From an uncultured virus (IMG/VR IMGVR_UViG_3300002839_000259) (lineage: Duplodnaviria; Heunggongvirae; Uroviricota; Caudoviricetes): a DNA stretch of 64,000 bases. Below the pieces are notes generated by a model, which did not search any database, was not told the DNA's origin, and saw only the letters and a list, made by a program, of their open reading frames with translations. This document shows, in pieces, positions 9,873 through 19,770 of this stretch (positions are counted from its first letter, which is position 1; every line of letters begins with the position of its first letter). The stretch lies in IMG/VR virus record IMGVR_UViG_3300002839_000259. One strand, written 5' to 3'. The position numbers and the translations under genes are program-made.

Positions 9873-10667
9873 ATGAAAACTGTAAATAACTATATCAAAC
9901 ACGTATATGACACGTATCGCGCCGACGCGATTCATCTTGAAATTAACGTGCGTGAGCCAAATGGCCGAATTACAAGCTTAAATGACCTAATCACAGACGG
10001 TCGCTACTCAAATGATAAGAAAACTGAGCGCGTATTTGATCTGCAAATACTGCCCGAACAAATTAAGTTGATTCATGAAGCCAGCGACAATTTCGAGCAC
10101 AACCCATGGAAAAACCCACCGTACGTACAGTTAGAGCTGACCTATGCTCAGGCGGATGCCATCTATAATCTTAACGCGTATTATGTGTGTGATTCCAACA
10201 ATTATATTGAAACACATCCAACACTGTGGTTCAAATTAGACGGCATAAAGCAATACCTTAAAAAATATCATGCAAATAATGGTCACACGCTTGCTTTTTA
10301 TGACGATTACGATCCAGCTTTTCAACTCATCAATATGATTGTCCAGACAAAGGCCAAAGGTGACGCATTCTTAAACGGCGAAGTCAAAAACAGCGCCGGC
10401 ACAGCCATTGAATATGAAAAAATTAATCGTCACGTACCAATTAGACAAAATGTTGACAAATCAATATGGCAAGAATTAGACTGCAACTTTTATGATGAAG
10501 AAGACGAATGCTGGTGCATTGACGCCTGGAGCGACTTGAATCAGGATACAGAGGGTCAGGTCATTGCCAAAGTATTTGCCGATCGCGTGGTTTTTCTCGA
10601 CTGCGCATCTATAAATGAAGCCAATGTCCAAGATTTAATCAAAACCATCCGACACGAAAAATTCTAA
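9873..10667 (+). CDS. Hypothetical protein
   Basis: 264-aa ORF with GAGG RBS, operon-like spacing. Confidence 0.75.
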   Translation: MKTVNNYIKHVYDTYRADAIHLEINVREPNGRITSLNDLITDGRYSNDKKTERVFDLQILPEQIKLIHEASDNFEHNPWKNPPYVQLELTYAQADAIYNLNAYYVCDSNNYIETHPTLWFKLDGIKQYLKKYHANNGHTLAFYDDYDPAFQLINMIVQTKAKGDAFLNGEVKNSAGTAIEYEKINRHVPIRQNVDKSIWQELDCNFYDEEDECWCIDAWSDLNQDTEGQVIAKVFADRVVFLDCASINEANVQDLIKTIRHEKF

Positions 10668-10706
10668 ATTTTGCATAAAAAAAAAAGAAAGTGAGCTAAA
10701 AATAAC

Positions 10707-13700
10707 ATGACATTAAGAATTCTGCACAGTGCCGACTGGCACTTAGAAGGCAAAGGCCGGTTCCCAGGCAAAGAAGAAGGGACGATCGCATGCCTCGAAT
10801 ACATGCTGGAGCAAGCAGTCACACTCGCACCTTCAGCGATCTTAATCAGCGGAGACATCTTCGATAAATCCAAAGTATGGATCGAACGCGGCGTCAAAGA
10901 AATCAGTGTCGCCCACTCCCTGATCGAACGACTCAGCCATATTGCACCGGTTGTTGCCATCAAAGGCACTCCTAATCATGACGGTAAAGAACAGTTTGAA
11001 TTGCTGCAAGAAATGCTGAGCAACAACGATCAAGTTAAACTGATCACTGAACCCGAATTGTATAACCTGCAAACAAAAGATGGTCCACTCAGTATTGTCG
11101 GTATCCCGGGACTTGACCATGGATCCTACAGAGCTATTAACCCAGGGTTATCCAAAGGCGACGAAAATCAGGCATTAACCAACGAGCTCATGGCAATTAT
11201 CACAGAGCTGAGAAGCTGCTGCCAAACAGGCCAAAAATCGGTTTTAATGGCACATTATACCACGACCGAAGCAAATACCGAGAGTGGCCAGATGATGATG
11301 TTCTCAGAATGTGAAGTGATTTTACCAAAAGATCAACTCCAAGCCCTTAATTTTGATTTAATCGCCATGGGACACATCCATAGACCTCAGCAAGTTGCCG
11401 GTAGCAACATCTTTTACTCAGGTGGAATCAACGCATTCACCTTTGGTGACGAAGATCAGTATCGTGGTTTCTATCTGCATGATCTTGACGCCTTAACAGC
11501 TGACTTTCACGTCACACCGTATCAGCAATACCAAACCCTGAAATTTGATGACACCGCCATCGAAGAGTTTAACAACGGTGACTATTCTTTGCTTGACATG
11601 CTTGATGTCGCGGATAAAGTCGTACGTATTTACTACGAAGCGACTCAGGAAAACATCAATCAGTTTAATGCAACGGCCTTGGAAGCTGAACTCATGCAAA
11701 GTGCCCGCTGGGTCAGTGAAATTTCCTGCGAAAAATGCCTGACATTAAATCGCACCACAACTATGGGTGTCGATCCAATCGTTAATATTCAAGAATATTT
11801 CAAAGATGATGACAATTTGAGCGACATTATGTTATTAGCACAACCCATCATCGACGAAAAGACGATCACTGGCAATAAAGCCCAGGGTCGGATCATGCCT
11901 ATCAGCATCGAAGTCCGTAATTATCGTAGTTACGAAAAAGAAAGCTATGACTTTTCAAATATTGATTTTGCCACAGTTATCGGTGAAAACGGTGCCGGTA
12001 AGTCAGCCTTCTTTATGGATTCAATCATGGATTGTCTGTTTGAAGAAACCCGTGAAAATGACTTAAAGGGCTGGATCAGAAACAGCGACGGTGTCAAAAG
12101 CGGCAGCATCACATTTTGCTTCAGTGTCGGTGATTCGATTTGCCGTGTCGTACGCACCCGGGCCAAATCCGGAAAATGCACACTATCTTTATGCGAATTC
12201 GTTGACGACGAGTGGATTGACAGCTCCGGAGAAAAACTCAAAGAAACTCAGGAATTAATTATTCAGTTAGTGGGCGATTCCCTGACCCTCAAATCCTGTG
12301 CCCTCGTGATGCAAGATCAATATGGCATCTTCCTGGACGTTGACCGCACCGAACGGATGCGTGTGTTGGCCGGACTACTCGGCTTAGACCTGTATGAACA
12401 AGCTAAAGACGTCTTTGCCGAAAAAGCGACAGACACCAGGCGTGAGCTCAATTTCCAAAAAAAGATAAAAGAAGATTTAATCGACATTATCCGAAATGGC
12501 AAATACGCGACCGCCGATCTGGCCATCTGCAAGCAACAGCAATCTGAAAAAGAGCTGGAACAAATTACTATCGAAAAAGAAATCAAACAGATTGAAGACA
12601 GCAAGAGCCTACATAATCAATTGATTGATGCGGATAAAAACAAAACCGTCCTCGAAAATGATCTGTATGGGATTAACACCGTCATGAATCAATTAAATGC
12701 CGAGATCCATGCTTTAAGCGAATTATTAAGCCATGAACAGGATATTCGCAAAAATGCTGGCGATGCCCGCAATCTTGAGACTCAAATTCAAGGTTTTGCA
12801 GCACTTGAACGACAACACGCCGAGCAACACGCGCTAAACATCAAACTTAATCAGCAAAAAGCCACGAGTGCTCTTGAAATTGAGAGCTTGAATGAACAAA
12901 TAGCATCCACCAATATGGTGTTGACTCAAAAAGATGCGATTACACGTAAGGCTGATACATATGCTGAAAGTCGTAAACAGCTCGACGCGAGGCTTATAAT
13001 CGGCGAAAATCACATCAGAATGCTTAATGAACAACAGAAACTCAACGAAAACTATACCTTGAAAACTCAGGCATACGAACATGAATATAACAATCGCATG
13101 GATGCTTATGATAGAGCCAAAGAAAATCACAATCTCGTCGAAAGCTCCGGCTGCAAGGGCTCAATCACATGTCCATTTGTTGACAAAGCCAAAAGCGAAG
13201 GGTCAAATCTAGCCTCGATGCGGGAAACAACCGAAACATGGAAAGCCGGCGAACTCAATACGATCAATGCGCTGACCAACCAGCTCAATCAAAAGTCGCA
13301 AGCTATTACTGATCTACACTATGATCCCCTAATCGTTGAAAATCTAAAATCAACCGTCAAAGAACATCAAAATGCAGCACAAGAGCTTGCTCAGCTGGCA
13401 ATTTATGAAGAAAAAGCCATTGATTTAAGCGTCCGCATCAAAAACGAACAAATTAAAAATGATGCCATTGAAACTGAATTAGCAAATAATGTGATTAGCT
13501 TAAACAATCTTACAACACAATTAAATCAACGCTCTGTATTGGTTAATGCCTTTGGTCAAATCAAACATTACATTGATCAAGAACAATTAATCAGTGGCAA
13601 CAAACAGGTTTGTGCCCTCAAAACAGCTACACTTAATGAAAAATCAATCGAAAAAGACAAATGCGTCACCCAGCTGGGCCAATTGGACAGCACGATCACA

Positions 13701-14426
13701 GCCCTGACCAAGCAATTAAAAGCGTTTATCATGCAGCGGTCACAAAGTGATGCTCAGATTGCTCTGAAGCAAATCAAAGAAGACATCAAAGCACTGATGC
13801 ACCTGGACGCGACACTGACAATCAGGCGCGAAGAACGTGTGGCGAAAATTGCAGAGCTAAAAGAACTACAAATCATAATCAAAGCCCTATCCGGACAACT
13901 CGTATTGCTTGATCAACTAAAGATTGCCTGCTCCTATGCAGGTATCCCCCACCTGATCATAAAAGACGAGATCAAAATAATCGAGAATAAAGCCAATGCG
14001 ATTCTGTCACAGATGAGCAACGGTGTCATGACTGTCAGCTTTGAAACCGAAAAGGTTACGAAAGCCAATGGTGGAAAAGAAGTGCCTGTCCTGGATGTCT
14101 TGATCAATGACAGCAATACCGGTACATTGTCCTACAAGTCCCGCTCCGGCGGTGAACGCGTCAAAGTCGCACTTGCGTCGGCGCTGGCTCTAGCCGAGCT
14201 TAAAGCCACCAAAACAGGCGTTCAAATGGGCTTCATGTTCATTGATGAACCTCCGTTCTTAGATATCAACGGCATGGAAGCCTATTGTGACGCCCTTGAA
14301 ACAATTAATCGGCGCTACGCTGGGATGAAAGTGCTGGCCATCACACATGACGTGTCGATGCAGTCCCGATTCATGCAATCGATCTCGATCATCAAGAATG
14401 ACGGCATCAGCCAGATTGTTGCATAA
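10707..14426 (+). CDS. Fused SbcD (Mre11-like nuclease) - SbcC (Rad50-like SMC ATPase)
   Basis: N-terminal DWH, GDIFD, GTPNHD, GHIH metallophosphoesterase motifs; then Walker A GENGAGKS, coiled coil with central CKGSITC, signature RSGGE, Walker B MFIDE, H-loop ITHD. Confidence 0.92.
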   Translation: MTLRILHSADWHLEGKGRFPGKEEGTIACLEYMLEQAVTLAPSAILISGDIFDKSKVWIERGVKEISVAHSLIERLSHIAPVVAIKGTPNHDGKEQFELLQEMLSNNDQVKLITEPELYNLQTKDGPLSIVGIPGLDHGSYRAINPGLSKGDENQALTNELMAIITELRSCCQTGQKSVLMAHYTTTEANTESGQMMMFSECEVILPKDQLQALNFDLIAMGHIHRPQQVAGSNIFYSGGINAFTFGDEDQYRGFYLHDLDALTADFHVTPYQQYQTLKFDDTAIEEFNNGDYSLLDMLDVADKVVRIYYEATQENINQFNATALEAELMQSARWVSEISCEKCLTLNRTTTMGVDPIVNIQEYFKDDDNLSDIMLLAQPIIDEKTITGNKAQGRIMPISIEVRNYRSYEKESYDFSNIDFATVIGENGAGKSAFFMDSIMDCLFEETRENDLKGWIRNSDGVKSGSITFCFSVGDSICRVVRTRAKSGKCTLSLCEFVDDEWIDSSGEKLKETQELIIQLVGDSLTLKSCALVMQDQYGIFLDVDRTERMRVLAGLLGLDLYEQAKDVFAEKATDTRRELNFQKKIKEDLIDIIRNGKYATADLAICKQQQSEKELEQITIEKEIKQIEDSKSLHNQLIDADKNKTVLENDLYGINTVMNQLNAEIHALSELLSHEQDIRKNAGDARNLETQIQGFAALERQHAEQHALNIKLNQQKATSALEIESLNEQIASTNMVLTQKDAITRKADTYAESRKQLDARLIIGENHIRMLNEQQKLNENYTLKTQAYEHEYNNRMDAYDRAKENHNLVESSGCKGSITCPFVDKAKSEGSNLASMRETTETWKAGELNTINALTNQLNQKSQAITDLHYDPLIVENLKSTVKEHQNAAQELAQLAIYEEKAIDLSVRIKNEQIKNDAIETELANNVISLNNLTTQLNQRSVLVNAFGQIKHYIDQEQLISGNKQVCALKTATLNEKSIEKDKCVTQLGQLDSTITALTKQLKAFIMQRSQSDAQIALKQIKEDIKALMHLDATLTIRREERVAKIAELKELQIIIKALSGQLVLLDQLKIACSYAGIPHLIIKDEIKIIENKANAILSQMSNGVMTVSFETEKVTKANGGKEVPVLDVLINDSNTGTLSYKSRSGGERVKVALASALALAELKATKTGVQMGFMFIDEPPFLDINGMEAYCDALETINRRYAGMKVLAITHDVSMQSRFMQSISIIKNDGISQIVA

Positions 14427-14504
14427 TCGTAATTTATTTTGTTAAAATTAATAAGCCACCACCCAAAAAGTGGTGGCATCTTTAAAAAGAAAGTGAGAGA
14501 AAAT

Positions 14505-15044
14505 ATGCAATGTAAAAAAATTAAGCCCAATGTTGACCGCTACCACTTGCGTTTTCACTATGAAGACGATCCAGATATGTATCATCGCTGTATGTGGGCA
14601 AACATCTATTTAGATCACGATACGTTTACACTGTTTGCCAATACTGATTGCGGTGATTATTCCTATTCCTGGCCCGTATCTGAGCACGAAACGTTTTTGC
14701 ATTTAATGAGTCGAATTGATGTCAACTATTTGCTCAGCAAAATTGCGACTAAAAGTATGTTTAACCTCAAAGCCAGCAAAGAGCAAATGATCCAAGCGAT
14801 ACTCGAATACGACGAAGGCATCAAATCGAATGATAAACGATTGGCTCAAATTATAGACATCGACGATTGCAGCAGTGAAGACATGTTTTACATCGCCGTC
14901 GCTTGGATCACAAACGATCTGTGCGATTTTGAAATCAATATTATCAAAGAATATCAGGCTAATGCAAAAACATTCGGCGAAGTATTTATTGAGTATTTGC
15001 AACCGATTTTGCGATCGAATGATGTAACCATGATTACAAAATAA
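14505..15044 (+). CDS. Phage-like hypothetical protein
   Basis: ATG 14505 after AGAAAGTGAG; DCGDYSYSW...YLLSKI pattern. Confidence 0.7.
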   Translation: MQCKKIKPNVDRYHLRFHYEDDPDMYHRCMWANIYLDHDTFTLFANTDCGDYSYSWPVSEHETFLHLMSRIDVNYLLSKIATKSMFNLKASKEQMIQAILEYDEGIKSNDKRLAQIIDIDDCSSEDMFYIAVAWITNDLCDFEINIIKEYQANAKTFGEVFIEYLQPILRSNDVTMITK

Positions 15045-15067
15045 TTAATTGAAAACGAGAAATTAAT

Positions 15068-15505
15068 ATGAATAAAATTAAACGAATACTGAAATACGAA
15101 CGCGGATCCATTGATAGCAGCTATTACGGACTATGTCTGATGAGCAGCCTCGCTTTGATAGCTCTTATATTTGTTGGGATTGCTATGTTTCAAGAAGCTA
15201 CACTTCCTGCAAATGTAACGGGGCATACCTATGCGACAACGGATCTTGGACGACCCGGTGTTATTGAAATACTGGCATTCACCAAAAATAACGTCGTTAA
15301 GGTGACCCAGTCGAATCAAAGTTCCGAAACGCCCTATGTGAAAACAGGTAAAGCAACCATCGAATTTATTTCACCAATAGATAATAAAAAATATACTGGC
15401 ATATATGTGAGTGAAAATACACTCAAAACACAAGTGGGACTCACAGCAGATGACCAATTGATCATCACGAGCTCAGACGGATTAGCCACTATATTGAAAC
15501 ATTAA
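15068..15505 (+). CDS. Hypothetical protein with one TM segment
   Basis: Hydrophobic stretch at residues ~20-41. Confidence 0.65.
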   Translation: MNKIKRILKYERGSIDSSYYGLCLMSSLALIALIFVGIAMFQEATLPANVTGHTYATTDLGRPGVIEILAFTKNNVVKVTQSNQSSETPYVKTGKATIEFISPIDNKKYTGIYVSENTLKTQVGLTADDQLIITSSDGLATILKH

Positions 15506-15537
15506 CGACAGAAATTAAATAAGAAAGTGGGCCAAAA

Positions 15538-15990
15538 ATGAGTAATCAAAAAAAAGCAAAATCTGAAAAAACAGGTAAATGGATCGTTGGCAGCCTTGCC
15601 GTGGCAAACCTTGGCTCGTATATCATCGAAGCTGCCGAAACCATTGACGGCAAATTGGTCGTCAAAGACGCAACCCTTGTCGACATGGGCACCGTCTGCG
15701 ATTTTATCACCAGTACAAGCACCAATGAAAAGCCATTTGCCGAATTGTATGAACATGATATTATCAAAACATCTGTGAGCCAAACAAATCCGATTACAAA
15801 CAAGCTTGAAAATATTGACCTTATCGGTGAGATTCTCTGGAGCAGTGATTATTTCCAGTGGGAAGTTTCCACCACAGAAGGTGATATCGTCCGATTATTC
15901 AAATTTATAGAAGATTTTGGTATCGACACAATTGTCGGCAGCTACTTTGATACACCTGAATATGTTGAAATAAAGAAAGCGAGAAAATAA
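15538..15990 (+). CDS. YopX-like phage protein (paralog of 58210-58644)
   Basis: KAKSEKTGKWIVGSL...TVCDF...ELYEHDII. Confidence 0.65.
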   Translation: MSNQKKAKSEKTGKWIVGSLAVANLGSYIIEAAETIDGKLVVKDATLVDMGTVCDFITSTSTNEKPFAELYEHDIIKTSVSQTNPITNKLENIDLIGEILWSSDYFQWEVSTTEGDIVRLFKFIEDFGIDTIVGSYFDTPEYVEIKKARK

Positions 15991-15991
15991 A

Positions 15992-16231
15992 ATGACTAAA
16001 AATGAAAAAAGCATTCACATGAAAAAGATCAAACGATTTATCAGCGGCCTGCAACACAGCGATGACGTAAAAGGTCAGCCATTACTGGAACTGAATGCAA
16101 TCAAGGGTGCATATCAAAACCTGGCAATTAATGGTCAAGCCAGTACTGATCTTGCAAATGTTGCAAAACTGTTTGAAAGCAATAATTTTAATGTGCAGCA
16201 GCACGCATCCCAATGGCAGATTCGATTGTAA
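15992..16231 (+). CDS. Hypothetical protein
   Basis: 79 aa, AGAAAGCGAG RBS. Confidence 0.6.
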   Translation: MTKNEKSIHMKKIKRFISGLQHSDDVKGQPLLELNAIKGAYQNLAINGQASTDLANVAKLFESNNFNVQQHASQWQIRL

Positions 16232-16379
16232 TCAAATAATTGCAAAAATGTTGAAAAACTATTATAATTCGAAATCCAGTATTTGTTGCGTCTTTGGTGC
16301 CAATTAAACACATCAATGATTAATCAAGACAGCGCTGTTAAACAATAGTGCTGTCTTTTTTTGTTAAAAAGCTAAGTGC

Positions 16380-16401
16380 GACAGCGTTCGCTGTCCGGGT
16401 G
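16380..16401 (+). promoter_or_regulatory. Hairpin-CG motif (GACAGC family)
   Basis: GACAGC-GTTC-GCTGTC-CGGGTG, ~17 nt after terminator 16326-16362. Confidence 0.75.
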
Positions 16402-16677
16402 AAGCTTGGACGAGAGATCCCTGTGGTGTTGCAGAGCCAACCACTTGATACTTAATTAACCGCATCTTTCGCAAAAACATAAGTCTCCTCCGACTTTATA
16501 CACTCAAAAAAATAAGGTTCTGCTTTTACTTACCTGTTGAAATATGGTACAGATGTTTAATCTCCTGAACACCTGACGGGTTCGAGTCCTGTAATCGACA
16601 AAAACATACTTCTATCTCCCATCCTTTTACCTAAAAAAAAAACAATCTAGCGATTATCGCCAAGGTTGTTTTTTTTT
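16402..16677 (+). ncRNA. Putative structured sRNA, copy 2
   Basis: Near-identical to copy 1 over ~120 nt, then compensatory divergence in the tRNA-like domain (ACGGG-TTCGAGT-CCTGT); terminator 16641-16677. Confidence 0.7.
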
Positions 16678-16695
16678 AATTGCTTGTGAACACGA

Positions 16696-16716
16696 GCAAT
16701 CCGTGATTGCCGATGG
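16696..16716 (+). promoter_or_regulatory. Hairpin-CG motif (GCAATC family)
   Basis: GCAATC-CGT-GATTGC-CGATGG between a terminator and fic. Confidence 0.8.
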
Positions 16717-16762
16717 TATAATAGATTATTGAAAAAATAAATAATAACAGAAAGGTGATAAA

Positions 16763-17593
16763 ATGACGGATCAAAAATATTATGAAACCTATCAAGAAAT
16801 TGAAGAAACGACTGATCCACAGCAAAAGGAAAAATACTGGAAAACTGGATTTGGGCTGAATAAAATTGATTATTTAGAGCCTTCGGATTATTTGACCAAA
16901 ACATTGTTACCTGAACACTTTACCGGGAAGCTGACTTATCAGGAGGTTGAAAGTGCTTTAGTCAATCACTACCAAACTCTGCCGGAGGATGATCAAACTC
17001 TAAGGGAGCGTGAATGTGACATTGTCTCGACCCGTATTGCCAGTTTGCTTGATAACTCTGGATTTGTTTTTAATCCGGCATCACTAAAAGGCATCCATCG
17101 GTATCTTTTTAAAGATATTTTATCGGAAAAATGGGTTGGTGAATTTAGAGAGAAGAATATCTATAAGAAGGAGCCTATTCTTAATGGGGGGTCGGTGGCC
17201 TATGCCAATTATTTTATGATTGAAGACACATTGCAATACGACTTTGAGACAGAGCGTAAGAAAAATTATGCTGGCACAGATATTCAAGAAAAGATAAAAG
17301 GTATTGCAGCCTTTACGTCAGCCATCTGGCAGATCCATCCATTTAGAGAAGGTAATACCCGAACGGTGGCCGTATTCATGGTTCAGTATCTGAACATTCT
17401 TGGTTTTCAAGTTGATAATACACCGTTTGAAGCAAATGCCAGTTATTTTAGAAATGCCCTGGTGCGAGCAAATTATTCAAATCAGGCTAAGAACATCAGC
17501 TATACTGATTTGTATTTAATCAAATTTTATGAAAATCTGTTGAATCAAGCTGACCACATATTGTTAGATCAGGCAGAAAAGATTTTGGTATAG
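16763..17593 (+). CDS. fic: Fic-domain protein (AMPylase) with N-terminal extension
   Basis: HPFREGNTRT Fic motif. Confidence 0.9.
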   Translation: MTDQKYYETYQEIEETTDPQQKEKYWKTGFGLNKIDYLEPSDYLTKTLLPEHFTGKLTYQEVESALVNHYQTLPEDDQTLRERECDIVSTRIASLLDNSGFVFNPASLKGIHRYLFKDILSEKWVGEFREKNIYKKEPILNGGSVAYANYFMIEDTLQYDFETERKKNYAGTDIQEKIKGIAAFTSAIWQIHPFREGNTRTVAVFMVQYLNILGFQVDNTPFEANASYFRNALVRANYSNQAKNISYTDLYLIKFYENLLNQADHILLDQAEKILV

Positions 17594-17888
17594 GCTTAAC
17601 GCCAAATTAAAAGAAAGATGGTGATAAAATGGGACTGAGCATAGAAATACAAGTTGGTAACACCGATCTTATCAATGCGAATCGCAAATATATTGATAAA
17701 AAAACAAAACATGAGATATTATCAGGGATTCACTGCACGCTAAAACCAATTGATACGATTTACCACGATTGGGCTTTGCTCGAAAAACTGGATTGTGTGA
17801 CCGCAAAATCGATTCAAAATTGTGAATATGTGCTCTTACAAAAAGACGCTGTTCACAACCTGGAAAAACAAGACCTATCAGATGTTAC

Positions 17889-19263
17889 CTGAAAATAGCC
17901 GTAAAGCCCCTCGCTTCAGCCATGGGGATATAAGGCTGCCACCCGTCTGAAAAATAATAAAGAAAGGACTAAAACGAATGAAGTTAACGCATCGCATTAA
18001 ATTAAAACTCAGTCACAATGATTTTCAGATGGCCAAAGTGCACTCAATGGAAGCTGCCCGGTGCTGGAATGATATGGTGAAACTGGCGAATACCCATAGT
18101 GATGATCAGCAGAAATGGACTCATCACTATGATCTGCAAAAACTGCTAAAAATGCAGTATCAGCTGTCGTCAACCACGATTCAGGGATTGACTGATAAAT
18201 TCTGTGCAAATCGTTTAACGGCGTTGCAGCTTCATAAAAAAGGCTTTACCAAAGCCCGCTATGCGCACCACGAAAAACACTTTTTCTGCCTGCCGTTAAA
18301 AATTGCCAATTTTAAGAAGACCGACGAGCTGACGCTTCGCATCACGCTGTCCAACGGTAACTATCTGTCACTGCCATTTGCGTTTGCTCTGCCGTCCTAT
18401 GGCGAATTATCATTTAAAGACGGTGCCTACTATTTTTATTATGGCATTTCAGTCGACGAAGCCGTGGCTGTCACAAGCGATATCCAGGCAGGTATTGACC
18501 TGGGCGAAGTCCATTCGATTGCCATGGTCACGTCAAACGGTGACGCCCTGATTCTTTCCAATCGCTACGGCCGAAGTGTTAAACGCTACCGTAACAAGAA
18601 ACTCGGCCAGTTTGCCAAACGATTATCACACTGCAAAAACGGGTCGAAAAAACATAAGCAATTAATTAAAGCCAGGGCTAAGGTCAAGTCTAAAACCAAA
18701 CATCAGCTCCGGAACTACTATCATCAGACCACGGCGAAGGCCATTGACTTTGCCCGGGAGCACCACGTTTCGGAAATTGTCTGCGGCGATATTAAAAACG
18801 TTGCCAAAAACACTAAGAAAAAAAAGCGGGTTGGTCGGCTTAACCGTCAGAAGCTGTCTCAAGCTGAATTTGGAACACTCAAGTTTTATCTTAAATATAA
18901 GTCCAAATTAAATGGCATTGTCTTTAAATTAGTCGACGAAGCCTATACCACACAAACCTGTCCGGTCTGCGGACAACGCCACAAACAACAGGGCAGAACT
19001 CACAAATGCCCGTGCGGATATACCGCTCACCGGGATATCGTCGGTGCCTGGAACATTCTAAACAAACGGCATTCACATCCGTTAGTTGATTTTTCAGTCA
19101 CCGGAAGGCACCCGTTAAAAGTATCTTGCTAGCAAGCAAGTAGTCGCACTCGACACGTGCCAAAGTCAACTGGCCATTAGCCAACCGCTGCCGAAACGAG
19201 TTTCGTTTCCGTAAGTTCGCCGTACCCAGGAATCCCCTCGCTTTAGCCATGGGGAGGTGTCAA
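17889..19263 (+). mobile_element. Non-autonomous IS200/IS605-family (IS1341-like, tnpB-only) element
   Basis: Target TTAC at 17885-17888; left end AAAG+CCCCTCGCTTCAGCCATGGGG hairpin; right end GAAT+CCCCTCGCTTTAGCCATGGGG...TCAA (IS608-type guide and cleavage tetramers). Confidence 0.92.
17978..19132 (+). CDS. tnpB: TnpB RNA-guided endonuclease
   Basis: RuvC-I GIDLG, VDEAYTTQTCPVCG..CPCG zinc finger, RuvC-III HRDIVGAWNI. Confidence 0.93.
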   Translation: MKLTHRIKLKLSHNDFQMAKVHSMEAARCWNDMVKLANTHSDDQQKWTHHYDLQKLLKMQYQLSSTTIQGLTDKFCANRLTALQLHKKGFTKARYAHHEKHFFCLPLKIANFKKTDELTLRITLSNGNYLSLPFAFALPSYGELSFKDGAYYFYYGISVDEAVAVTSDIQAGIDLGEVHSIAMVTSNGDALILSNRYGRSVKRYRNKKLGQFAKRLSHCKNGSKKHKQLIKARAKVKSKTKHQLRNYYHQTTAKAIDFAREHHVSEIVCGDIKNVAKNTKKKKRVGRLNRQKLSQAEFGTLKFYLKYKSKLNGIVFKLVDEAYTTQTCPVCGQRHKQQGRTHKCPCGYTAHRDIVGAWNILNKRHSHPLVDFSVTGRHPLKVSC

Positions 19264-19280
19264 GAAAGATATAATCAACA
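19100..19280 (+). ncRNA. Predicted omegaRNA (right-end scaffold plus flank-derived guide); 5' end approximate
   Basis: Structured right end after tnpB (e.g. GAAACGAGTTTCGTTTC); the established TnpB omegaRNA location. Confidence 0.65.
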
Positions 19281-19376
19281 GACTCATTGATACTGTCGAC
19301 TTTGAGACACAGACGGTAACGATGTTGTGCAAATGGTGAAAAATTAAATTTAAAACAAGAAAGCGAGAAAATATAA

Positions 19377-19745
19377 ATGCAGAACGAAACAACCTGTAAT
19401 TACACGATTTACAATCCTTCAGAACACGGTTACACTGACATGGAAGGTCTTTACTACAAATGCACGTGTGGCGCCTGCTATATTGATATAGAGGACGCAC
19501 TCGAATGGACTTTTTGCCCCCATTGTGGTACCGAAATTGATAAACGCGAACAATTGTTGTGCGTCACATGTCTTCATACCGAACTAGAAGAAGGTGACTA
19601 TTATTGCACGCATGATGACGGTGTGCATTACTGCGAATACATCACCGATATGGACTTTGAAGGATGTAAACAATATGAAAAAAGACCAGACGCCAAAACG
19701 GTATATAACAGCGTGAGTGGAAAAAACGTCATTGTTGTCGATTAA
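19377..19745 (+). CDS. Cys-rich zinc-ribbon protein
   Basis: CTCG, FCPHCG, CVTC motifs. Confidence 0.7.
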   Translation: MQNETTCNYTIYNPSEHGYTDMEGLYYKCTCGACYIDIEDALEWTFCPHCGTEIDKREQLLCVTCLHTELEEGDYYCTHDDGVHYCEYITDMDFEGCKQYEKRPDAKTVYNSVSGKNVIVVD

Positions 19746-19770
19746 TTGATTGAGAAAGTGAGAATATAAC

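Larger units (their letters stand above)
17629..19339 (+). pseudogene. Hypothetical gene split by the IS200/IS605 element
   Basis: Removing 17889-19263 gives the in-frame junction ...DLSDVT-KDIINRLIDTVDFETQTVTMLCKW*. Confidence 0.8.
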
